Shown here: one piece after another, positions 10,201 through 16,527 of the stretch
How positions within the stretch are numbered: position 1 is the stretch's first letter
Layout of the letters: each line of letters opens with the position of its first letter
Source: Polyangiales bacterium
GTDB lineage: Bacteria; Myxococcota_A; Polyangia; Polyangiales; Polyangiaceae
Length of the DNA: 17,370 nucleotides
Reading direction: 5' to 3'
NCBI GenBank assembly: GCA_038230375.1
Contig: JBBRNJ010000125.1
Span: 1 to 17,370, forward strand
Translations under genes and position numbers: made by a program
The notes under the pieces: model-generated
What the model was told of the DNA's origin: nothing
Seen by the model: only the letters and a program-made list of their open reading frames with translations
The model's database searches: none

Positions 10201-10289
10201 CCGTTCAATCGCTCTATCAGCACGGCTCGCTGCGCGTGGACGGCGATCTTCGCCCCGCGCACAAGCTCACGATCTTGAAGGGCCTCTGA
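7251..10289 (+). CDS. Peroxisomal multifunctional enzyme type 2-like protein (HSD17B4/MFE-2): SDR (3R)-hydroxyacyl-CoA dehydrogenase + MaoC-type enoyl-CoA hydratase 2 + three SCP2 domains, 1012 aa
   Basis: SDR motifs [22 protein letters not shown]; hydratase-2 motifs LHGEQY and [14 protein letters not shown]...PILHGLC; three SCP2-like C-terminal domains (WTIDLK...[12 protein letters not shown]...KLKIGGDIM). ATG 7251 follows GAGG. Confidence 0.92.
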   Translation: MSDLRFDGRVAIITGAGNGLGRAHALLLASRGCKVVVNDLGGAATGGGKSSAAADKVVEEIKAAGGEAVANYDSVEDGDKVVQTALDTWKRIDILVNNAGILRDTSFVKMTDEDWDLIIRVHVRGAYKTTKAAWDHMRNANYGRVIFTASAAGIYGNFGQTNYAAAKMGVIGLSNTLALEGKKYGIQVNTIAPIAASRLTETVAGMKDLLPKLNPEYVSPLVAWLTNEACQDTGGLFEVGGGVFTKLRWERTKGKALKLGRTIQPEQVQKAWADVTNFANADHPTDIMSSMQPVLSNLDTKALGGNEFIDVDAGLGYEFPPVKTRYDERDLALYALGVGAAKNPLSDDLQFVYEMGAGFQAIPTFAVVPALNMVFEAAKKGEQAPGMNYGFERILHGEQYTELFYPLAPNATLTHKAKIKDIFDKGKNALVVMEINTYDEDGNKVFKNEVTTFVRGAGGWGGDRGPSADINVPPQRPADVTAEDKLDENQALLYRLSGDINPLHADPEFAQNFGFKKPILHGLCTYGFAARNVIKAFAKNDGRLFKSIKARFSASVFPGETLVTEMWKESDERIVFRVLVKERGEVVISNAAIELYKEIPKKPAKAVAAAPPASASGGAAASGPSGPPTSGEAFAVIADYIGKNAGLAKDVGKTFLFKLSGPDSAWTIDLKAGAGSVASGGTTADCTLEMSDADFCDMVAGKADAMKLYMGKKLKIGGDIMASQKLMFLKNIDPAAAAGVVAKLRGAGGGASAGGGGAAAPSGEPTSGEAFAVIADYIGKNGGLAKDVGKTFLFKLSEPDSAWTIDLKTGAGSVTSGGTTADCTLEMSDADFRDMVAGKADAMKLYMGKKLKIGGDIMASQKLMFLKSIDPKAAADVVAKLRGASGGGGGAAAGGAAKAAPTAPAAPKEPKAPGILKALAERLSKDKALAAEVNAVIALKVSDLGKAWTLDFKSGSIKEGADASATTTVSLDDASLVALTKGETVQSLYQHGSLRVDGDLRPAHKLTILKGL
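9132..9902 (+). repeat. Intragenic direct repeat: two 360-nt SCP2-coding units (9132-9491 and 9543-9902)
   Basis: Units are offset by 411 nt; their 120-aa translations differ at 8 positions by manual alignment. Confidence 0.95.
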
Positions 10290-10323
10290 GGCACGCGCCT
10301 CCGAAGCGTCGAAAACCAGCTCT

Positions 10324-10344
10324 TGCTTCGCGCGATGCGAAGCA
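10324..10344. other. Intergenic stem-loop between the MFE-2-like gene and the thiolase
   Basis: TGCTTCGC-gcgat-GCGAAGCA, a perfect 8-bp stem; no U-tract follows, so more likely an mRNA structure than an intrinsic terminator. Confidence 0.35.
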
Positions 10345-10380
10345 CCAAGTTTCCAACGTCACGTTCGAAGGAGTTTTCAC

Positions 10381-11562
10381 ATGGGTCGCAGAGTGAACGT
10401 CATCGGTGTGGGCATGACCAAGTTCCAGAAGCCCGGCGCAAGCGACGAGTACAACGTGATGGCGGCGAACGCGACGCGCGTTGCGCTCGAGGACGCCAAG
10501 GTGAAGTTCGAGGACGTCCAGCAGGCGTACGTGGGCTACGTCTACGGCGACAGCACGTGCGGGCAGCGCGCCGTGTACGACGTGGGCCTCACCGGCATCC
10601 CCGTCTTCAACGTGAACAACAACTGCTCCACGGGCTCGTCCGCGCTCATGCTGGCGCGACAGGCCATCGAGGGCGGGCTCGCCGAATGCGTGCTCGCGCT
10701 CGGCTTCGAGAAGATGGAGAAGGGCGCGTTGGGCGCGAAGTTCAACGACCGCGCGAACCCGCTCGAGAAGTTCGTCAACGTCATGAGCAAGGTGCAGGGG
10801 TTCAACAGCGCGCCCGGCGCGGCGCAGATGTTCGGCGGTGCAGGACGTGAATACCGCTGGAAATACGGCACCAAGCGCGAGACCTTCGCCAAGATCAGCT
10901 CCAAGGCACGCCAGCACGCGAGCAAGAATCCGTACGCGCTCTTCAACACGCTGCTCACCGTGGAAGAGGTCCTCGCGAGCGACGACGTGTTCGATCCGCT
11001 CACGCGCTTCCAGTGCTGCCCGCCCACGTGCGGCGCGGCCGCCGCGATCCTCTGCTCGGATGACTTCGCGAAGAAGATGGGCATCTCCAATCCCGTCTAC
11101 ATCGCGGCACAGGCCATGACCACCGACTACGCGTCCTCTTTCCAGGAGGACAGCATGATCAAGATGGTCGGCTACGACATGGCGAAGGAGTGCGCGAAGA
11201 AGGTCTACGAGCAAGCCGGCCTTGGTCCGAAGGACGTGCAGGTCGTCGAGCTCCACGACTGCTTCACGGCCAACGAGCTCCTCACATACGAGGCCATCGG
11301 CCTCTGCAACGAGGGCGAGGCGGAGAAGTTCATCACCGAGGACCAGAACACCTACGGCGGCAAGTACGTCACGAATCCTTCGGGCGGCCTGCTCTCCAAG
11401 GGACACCCGCTCGGCGCGACCGGACTTGCACAATGCACGGAGCTCGTCTGGCAGCTCCGCGGCACCGCGGGCGATCGCCAGGTCCCGAACGCAAAGGTCG
11501 CGCTACAGCACAACCTGGGCCTCGGCGGAGCCTGCGTCATGACGATGTACCGCGCGAGCTGA
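10381..11562 (+). CDS. SCP2-type (SCPx-like) thiolase / lipid-transfer protein
   Basis: NNNCSTG (catalytic Cys), [12 protein letters not shown] and HNLG motifs diagnostic of SCP2-thiolases; GAAGGAG RBS upstream. Confidence 0.93.
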   Translation: MGRRVNVIGVGMTKFQKPGASDEYNVMAANATRVALEDAKVKFEDVQQAYVGYVYGDSTCGQRAVYDVGLTGIPVFNVNNNCSTGSSALMLARQAIEGGLAECVLALGFEKMEKGALGAKFNDRANPLEKFVNVMSKVQGFNSAPGAAQMFGGAGREYRWKYGTKRETFAKISSKARQHASKNPYALFNTLLTVEEVLASDDVFDPLTRFQCCPPTCGAAAAILCSDDFAKKMGISNPVYIAAQAMTTDYASSFQEDSMIKMVGYDMAKECAKKVYEQAGLGPKDVQVVELHDCFTANELLTYEAIGLCNEGEAEKFITEDQNTYGGKYVTNPSGGLLSKGHPLGATGLAQCTELVWQLRGTAGDRQVPNAKVALQHNLGLGGACVMTMYRAS

Positions 11563-11586
11563 GCAACCACGGGAGCGCCGCTGTGA

Positions 11587-12144
11587 TCAGTGCGTGTTCC
11601 CGGCACCCCAGGCAAAGTCCCACTGCTTCGTCCCGGTGTGGCAGCCAATGCAAAAGTCGACCTTTCCCGCGAAGGCGGCGTTCGTTGGCGTGCCGCCTGG
11701 GGTGAGGCGGCCGTACCACCAGTCTCCATTCGCGGGATCGTAGCCGGGCGCCTTCTTGTACATGACGGTCAGTACCTCGGGCGCGCCGCTCGCGCCGAGC
11801 ATCTCCTTCACCAGCATCGAGCCGACCGGAAACGCGAACGCGTCCTTTGGCTTTGCGCCCGGATCGATCGCGCGATACGTGCTGTCGGCCGTCTGGTTGA
11901 CGTAGACGTTCACTGGCGGGTTGCCCGCATGCTGCTGGGTAGGGAAGGTCGCGCGGTTCACCTTCGCGAAGCCCGCCGCGACGTAGCTTGAAGCCGCGCT
12001 CTCGATTTGATCGTCCGTCAGCGTGCCGGGAGGGCCTGTTGCCGCGGACTCATGGCCGGGGCTCGAGCACGAACACACCGCAAGCACCGCCGCTGATGCC
12101 GCCAGAAGACGGACACCAAACCTCGCATTGGCTGAGATTTTCAT
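11587..12144 (-). CDS. Cytochrome P460-family c-type cytochrome, probable lipoprotein (185 aa)
   Basis: Signal with AVCS-C lipobox; 'VNVYVN', 'FPVGSMLVKEM', 'TVMYKKAPGYDPANGDWWY' and C-terminal CIGCH (11638-11652) match the P460/c'-beta layout. Start placed at ATG 12144. Confidence 0.8.
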   Translation of the reverse strand: MKISANARFGVRLLAASAAVLAVCSCSSPGHESAATGPPGTLTDDQIESAASSYVAAGFAKVNRATFPTQQHAGNPPVNVYVNQTADSTYRAIDPGAKPKDAFAFPVGSMLVKEMLGASGAPEVLTVMYKKAPGYDPANGDWWYGRLTPGGTPTNAAFAGKVDFCIGCHTGTKQWDFAWGAGNTH

Positions 12145-12215
12145 GGGATATTGGAAAGTACGTCTCCCGCGGCGACCGGTTTCGGGCTTCCCGTTCGAAA
12201 ATCTGGAAGCTCGGT

Positions 12216-12228
12216 TCCAATCATTGGA
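12216..12228. promoter_or_regulatory. Candidate LysR-type operator (T-N11-A interrupted palindrome) in the divergent intergenic region
   Basis: TCCAA-tca-TTGGA; a second palindrome GAAACGTTTC lies at 12241-12250. Confidence 0.3.
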
Positions 12229-12308
12229 GCGAGTTGCAGCGAAACGTTTCACGGGGTGATGAGTACGGTGTGGGTACGGCCAGGTTCCGTGTGTACAAGG
12301 AGACCATC

Positions 12309-12926
12309 ATGAAGACTGACTTTAGCTCGATTTTTGAGGCGGCATGCGTGTTGGGGACGATCGCGCTGGTGGGATGTAGCTCGAGCTCGACCTCGGGCCC
12401 GGGCGCGACCGCAGGCTGTCCGGCGGCGGACGCCGGATGCCCTGCCAAGGAGGCGGGTTGTCCAGCGGCCGGCTGCGCCGCACCAACGGCAGGCGACGCG
12501 CAGACCGCGCCGACCGGGACCCAGGCCACCATCGACGCGTGGCTCGCGAAGGGCGACTACAAATCCTGGACCTGCGAGACCGGAGTGCGCGACGGCAAGT
12601 CTCCGTCACCGCACGGCAAGCAGCGCGTATGCTCCAACACCAAGCTGAGCGGCGCTGGGGCCGGCGAATTTCCGACCGGAGCATCCAACGTGAAGGAGCT
12701 CTACGACGCCGCAGGGACGGCCATCATCGGATACGCGATCGAGCAGAAGATGAAGGCGGGCGGCGGTGACGCCTGGTACTGGTACGAGCGCAACGCGAGC
12801 GGCCTGGTTGCCAACGGCTATGGAGCGAGCGGTCCGCCGAAGGACATCTGTGTCGGATGTCACTCGCTCGCTGGACCGAATCATTTCGGCCACGACTTCG
12901 TGTTCACCCAGATCACAGACCAGTAG
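12309..12926 (+). CDS. Lipoprotein with N-terminal (AGCPA)n Cys repeat and C-terminal cytochrome P460-like heme-c domain; putative MNIO substrate (205 aa)
   Basis: AAGGAG RBS at 12297-12302; lipobox ALVG-C23; AGCPAAD-AGCPAKE-AGCPA-AGCAA (12411-12482); 'FPTGASNVKELY', 'WYWYE', CVGCH (12849-12863). First gene of the DUF692 operon. Confidence 0.8.
   Translation: MKTDFSSIFEAACVLGTIALVGCSSSSTSGPGATAGCPAADAGCPAKEAGCPAAGCAAPTAGDAQTAPTGTQATIDAWLAKGDYKSWTCETGVRDGKSPSPHGKQRVCSNTKLSGAGAGEFPTGASNVKELYDAAGTAIIGYAIEQKMKAGGGDAWYWYERNASGLVANGYGASGPPKDICVGCHSLAGPNHFGHDFVFTQITDQ
12411..12482 (+). repeat. Protein-level Cys repeat, 4 x AGC(P/A)A
   Basis: Cys37, Cys44, Cys51, Cys56 with spacing 7/7/5; codons differ between copies. 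Confidence 0.85.
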
Positions 12927-12932
12927 TCTGCA

Positions 12933-13754
12933 GTGATCGCTCCCCTCTCCGGCGTCGGCATCGGCCTTCGGCGCGAGCTCTACGAATCCGTGCTTCGTAC
13001 CTCGCGTCGGATCGACTGGCTCGAGATCGTCTCGGAGAATTTCATGGGGATGGAAGGCCGCCCGCGCGAGGTCCTGGCGCTCTGCGCGGAGCGGTGGCCG
13101 ATCATTCCGCACGGGGTCGCGGCTTCGGTGGGCGGACCGCAGCGGGAGCGCTACTGCGCGGAGCTCGGCGAGCTGGTCGCTCGCCTCGACGCGCCATTCT
13201 TCTCCGATCACCTCTGCTACTCGTCCATCGGCGGGCACGAGTTCCTCGACCTCTTGCCGTTGCCGTTCACGGACGAGGCGGTCGAGGCAGCGGCGGCGGG
13301 GGCGCGCGAGCTTGCAGCACGGGTGGGGCGGCCGCTCTTGCTCGAGAACATCACCTACTATGCGACCATGCCCGGCTCCGAGATGGACGAACAGGAGTTC
13401 ATCACACGCGTGCTCGATCGCGCGGATGCGGGCCTCTTGCTCGACGTGAACAATCTGTACCTCAACGGAAAGAACCACGGGGTCGACCCACTGACCACGC
13501 TCGGTCGACTTCCGCTTCAGCGGGTGCGTCAGATCCATCTTGCCGGCCACACTGTCGACGGCGACGTCTACCTGGATACGCACTCCCGGGCGATCGCGGC
13601 GCCCGTGTGGGACCTGTTCGAGGAGGTGATCCGGCGCGTCGGGCCAGTGCCCACGTTGATCGAGTGGGACCAGCAGATCCCCTCACTGGACGCTGTACTC
13701 GACGAGGCCGATCGCGCGCGCGACATCATGGACCGTACTCCGCGCGGGGCATGA
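12933..13754 (+). CDS. DUF692 multinuclear non-heme iron-dependent oxidative enzyme (MNIO; MbnB/TglH/ChrH/HvfB/BufB family)
   Basis: GVGIGLR, WLEIVSENF, HGV, SDHLC, DLLPLPFT, LLLENITYY, LLLDVNNLYLN, IHLAGH, DTH, TLIEWD: the typical DUF692 motifs including candidate iron ligands. Confidence 0.95.
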   Translation: MIAPLSGVGIGLRRELYESVLRTSRRIDWLEIVSENFMGMEGRPREVLALCAERWPIIPHGVAASVGGPQRERYCAELGELVARLDAPFFSDHLCYSSIGGHEFLDLLPLPFTDEAVEAAAAGARELAARVGRPLLLENITYYATMPGSEMDEQEFITRVLDRADAGLLLDVNNLYLNGKNHGVDPLTTLGRLPLQRVRQIHLAGHTVDGDVYLDTHSRAIAAPVWDLFEEVIRRVGPVPTLIEWDQQIPSLDAVLDEADRARDIMDRTPRGA

Positions 13755-14482
13755 CGGTGCCGAGACACCTCGACGAGTTCTTCGCCTTGATGCGGCCTTT
13801 CCTCGAAGGAGAGCTGAGCGCAGAGGAACTGGAACGACGACTCGGCAAGAGCGGATCGGGAACGTCGCGGCTTGCGCTCTACCCCGTGCTCGTCAGGCGA
13901 CAGAAGCAGAGCGTCCTCTCCCAGTTCTATCGCGCGGTCGCAGCGGCCTGTCACGCACATGAAGTGGGTCTGTGGGATCGCCTGCTCGCGACGTTTCTCG
14001 CCGCGAACGTCCCCGACCACTGGGAGCCGAATCGCTTCGCGGAGCCGTTCGTCGCGCACGTCGCTCGCGAGATGGAGCTGCCGGCATACCTCCGCGAGCT
14101 CGCAGATTTCGCCTGGATTCGTTACTCGGCGATGATCGCGGCCCATGCCGAGAACGGGCGCGCGGGCATGGATTCGAGCCTCTTCATTCGCCAGTATGCG
14201 CACGAAATCCCCGACTACACGCGCGGCGCGGAGGACGGGACGCTTCCCGCAGGAACGTCTCCGCAACCGGTGCCCTGTACGGTGACCGTGTGCCGGTCGC
14301 GGCGAACGGGTCGCGTCGAGATCACACGTCCGTCGCTGGCGGCGCTCGTCGCGCTCGGGCGGCGCGATGGCCACCGCGGCGCAAGTGGGTTGCCTGCAGG
14401 CCTGACGGAAGAGAGCATCGCGCGGGAGGACCTTGCGCTGGTCGAGCTCGGCGTTCTCGCGGCAAGGAACGAGAGCACGTGA
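13751..14482 (+). CDS. MNIO partner protein, DUF2063/HvfC/BufC-like (243 aa)
   Basis: ATGA overlap with the DUF692 stop; 'RLALYPVLV', 'LWDRLLATF', 'FAEPFVAHV...LPAYLRELADFAW' follow the DUF2063 pattern; C-terminal 'LALVELGVL' resembles the end of a winged-helix/RRE domain. Confidence 0.8.
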   Translation: MTVPRHLDEFFALMRPFLEGELSAEELERRLGKSGSGTSRLALYPVLVRRQKQSVLSQFYRAVAAACHAHEVGLWDRLLATFLAANVPDHWEPNRFAEPFVAHVAREMELPAYLRELADFAWIRYSAMIAAHAENGRAGMDSSLFIRQYAHEIPDYTRGAEDGTLPAGTSPQPVPCTVTVCRSRRTGRVEITRPSLAALVALGRRDGHRGASGLPAGLTEESIAREDLALVELGVLAARNEST

Positions 14483-15504
14483 AGCGCGCGCACGTTCTTG
14501 GCGGCGCGTTCGCGTTGACGCTCGTGGTCGTGATCGGTCGGGAGGTCTTGCGCGATGCCGCCCCTCCGCCGCTTCCGCAAGGCGCGCACTACGAGCACGC
14601 GGCTCGGACGGTCGACGACTGGCTTCGCGAAGGCTACGTGGAGATGGTCAGCTCGATTCGCCCGCCAACGTCGGAGGACGGATCGATCCGCATCGTCGTC
14701 TATGTGAAGTGGCCTGACGGCGCACTGGTTCGCGTGACCCCGAACGGCGACGACTACACGCTCGAGATGCCGGTAGGAACGAGAGCGGATCGCGTAGAGC
14801 TCCAGGGGAGTGGCGACGTCGACGCTGAGCCTTCTCGCGCGTGGCATGTGCTCGACGTGCGCGGCACCACGTTCGAGCCCACGGAGCAACGCTTTCACGT
14901 GCTGCGTCCCGTGAGCAATGGCTCGGAGAATTTGCTGGGGATCGACTGGTCCCGCAACGCGGCGATCGACGAGGACATGGCGCGCGCGCTCGGCGAGTTG
15001 CTCGTGAACGGTCAGATCGCGGGGCCCAGCGGCGCCAGCGAGAGGGTGACCGCCGCCGATCACTTGCGCAAGATCAGCGCGTGCGCGTCATGTCACGTCC
15101 CGAACGCCCCCGCACGCCGAAAGCGCACCGATCGCGGGCTCGTCAACCGCGGTACGGACGCTTCGGGCCTCTACCAGATCGCGTCTGTGCTGCGCGATCG
15201 GCTGCCGTTCGAGACGTATCGACCGCGCGACGCGAATCGCGGCGACCCCTTCATCCGCCGCACGTGCGGTGCGGAAGAGATGACCTCGGCGGCTTGCGCC
15301 GACGGCTCTATCCCGATGGGAGAGCTCGACGTGCGCAAGGGATTGGCGGCGCGCGATCGGCACGTCTTGCGCGTGTGCGCGTCGCGGCTCGCGCTCGGCT
15401 CGCGCCTGTCCGGCACATCGCCGCAGATAGCGGCGAGCATCGATGAGTGCCGATCGGTCACGAACGGCGACGCAGCTGCTGCGGCTCCGCCCGCATCACC
15501 CTGA
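14479..15504 (+). CDS. Hypothetical exported or membrane-anchored protein with a single CxxCH heme-binding motif (341 aa)
   Basis: GTGA overlap with the partner stop; N-terminal hydrophobic segment (VLGGAFALTLVVVIG); CASCH at 15082-15096; four further Cys in the C-terminal part. Confidence 0.7.
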   Translation: MKRAHVLGGAFALTLVVVIGREVLRDAAPPPLPQGAHYEHAARTVDDWLREGYVEMVSSIRPPTSEDGSIRIVVYVKWPDGALVRVTPNGDDYTLEMPVGTRADRVELQGSGDVDAEPSRAWHVLDVRGTTFEPTEQRFHVLRPVSNGSENLLGIDWSRNAAIDEDMARALGELLVNGQIAGPSGASERVTAADHLRKISACASCHVPNAPARRKRTDRGLVNRGTDASGLYQIASVLRDRLPFETYRPRDANRGDPFIRRTCGAEEMTSAACADGSIPMGELDVRKGLAARDRHVLRVCASRLALGSRLSGTSPQIAASIDECRSVTNGDAAAAAPPASP

Positions 15505-16362
15505 CGCGAGACTCGCACGCAGCCAGGCGACGATTGCATCGAGCGGTCGCGTGTCGTGTCCCGGCAACGGCCTTCGCCGCACCGCGAAGAGCGACGGCGC
15601 CGGGCCCGCTTCACAAAGGCGGACCAGGCCGCTCCCCAGGCGCGCGGCGAAGACGTCGGGCAGCGTACACAGGAGCCCGCTTCGACACAGGAGCAAGACG
15701 GCCTCGAGCGATGTGGTCGAAACGGCGACCGTACGCGTCTCACTCGAAGGCCAGCCGTCGTCAGCGCGAGCGACGAACTCGAGCCCGGCGAGATCAGCCA
15801 TCTGTAGGGAGCCTGTCTTGATCGCGAGCGCATGCGTTTGGGCGGCGTACACGCCGATGGCGACACTGCCGAGCGGCTCCACGAGAAGTGAAGCGTCCTC
15901 TGGCGCGACCCCGACGAGCACGAGGTCGGTGTCGCCGCGGAGGAGCGCGCCCGCCACGTCGCTCTCGTCCAGGCTGCCGATCGCGAGCATGCTGCCCCGC
16001 GCGTTCTCCGCAGCCACCACGGCGAGCAGCGCCGATGCCACGGGGGTCGTCGCGAGCGCCGATATCACGCGCGAACGCTGGTCTTCCGCCTCTGCGCGCT
16101 GCACGCAGTCGTCGACGATCCGCATGGAGTCGCGGGTGGCGGCGAGCAGATCGCGGCCGAACGGAGTCAGCGTCATGCTGTTGCCGGCACGCAGGAACAA
16201 CTGTCGACCAAGGCCGTCCTCGAGCAATCGGACCGTGCGGGACAGCGCGGACGGGCTCACGCCGAGGATCGCCGAAGCGTCCTGGATGCTCTCGTGCTCT
16301 GCCACACCGCGAAACGCGGGCAGCCAGCTCCACCACTGGGCGACTTGGCGAAAGCGGATCAT
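15496..16362 (-). CDS. LysR-family transcriptional regulator
   Basis: HTH 'FRGVAEHESIQDASAILGVSPSALSRTVRLLEDGLGRQLFLRAGNSMTLTPFG' plus effector domain 'LLRGDTDLVLV'. Alternative start at 16425. The 3' end overlaps the convergent CxxCH gene by 9 bp. Confidence 0.9.
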   Translation of the reverse strand: MIRFRQVAQWWSWLPAFRGVAEHESIQDASAILGVSPSALSRTVRLLEDGLGRQLFLRAGNSMTLTPFGRDLLAATRDSMRIVDDCVQRAEAEDQRSRVISALATTPVASALLAVVAAENARGSMLAIGSLDESDVAGALLRGDTDLVLVGVAPEDASLLVEPLGSVAIGVYAAQTHALAIKTGSLQMADLAGLEFVARADDGWPSSETRTVAVSTTSLEAVLLLCRSGLLCTLPDVFAARLGSGLVRLCEAGPAPSLFAVRRRPLPGHDTRPLDAIVAWLRASLASG

Positions 16363-16527
16363 CGCGTCACGATCGCGGCGGTGGTGGCGTGCGCTGCGTC
16401 CCTGCGGCTGTGGTCCATGCGACATCTTATCGCCTTGCGGGACGAGAGGCCGTCACCACCGCAAGCCGCCGCCGGTGTGAACCCAGGGCACAGTGTAAGG
16501 CGCGGCTTTCGCGCCCGTTTTGTGGGC

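Noticed and set aside
10270..10289. Peroxisomal targeting signal or eukaryotic contamination
   Set aside because: The C-terminus is KGL rather than SKL/AKL; there are no introns, and RBSs and operon structure are bacterial.
12224..12238. Sigma54 promoter (TTGGAGCGAGTTGCA)
   Set aside because: GG-to-GC spacing is 8 nt instead of the required 10.
11587..12926. Evidence that the organism is an ammonia oxidiser
   Set aside because: P460-family genes are widespread outside nitrifiers, and no amo or hao genes are in the window.
12933..13754. Sugar isomerase / AP endonuclease annotation for the TIM-barrel gene
   Set aside because: The motifs and the adjacent DUF2063-like gene specifically indicate DUF692.
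11988..14478. Long upstream extensions of ORFs 11988-12926, 12857-14482 and 13972-15504
   Set aside because: They overlap real genes in other frames; starts at 12309, 13751 and 14479 are supported by an RBS or stop/start overlaps.
12309..15504. Methanobactin or pearlin gene cluster
   Set aside because: No MbnA-like short peptide, TonB-dependent receptor, MATE exporter or PEARL enzyme; the partner is DUF2063-like rather than MbnC-like.
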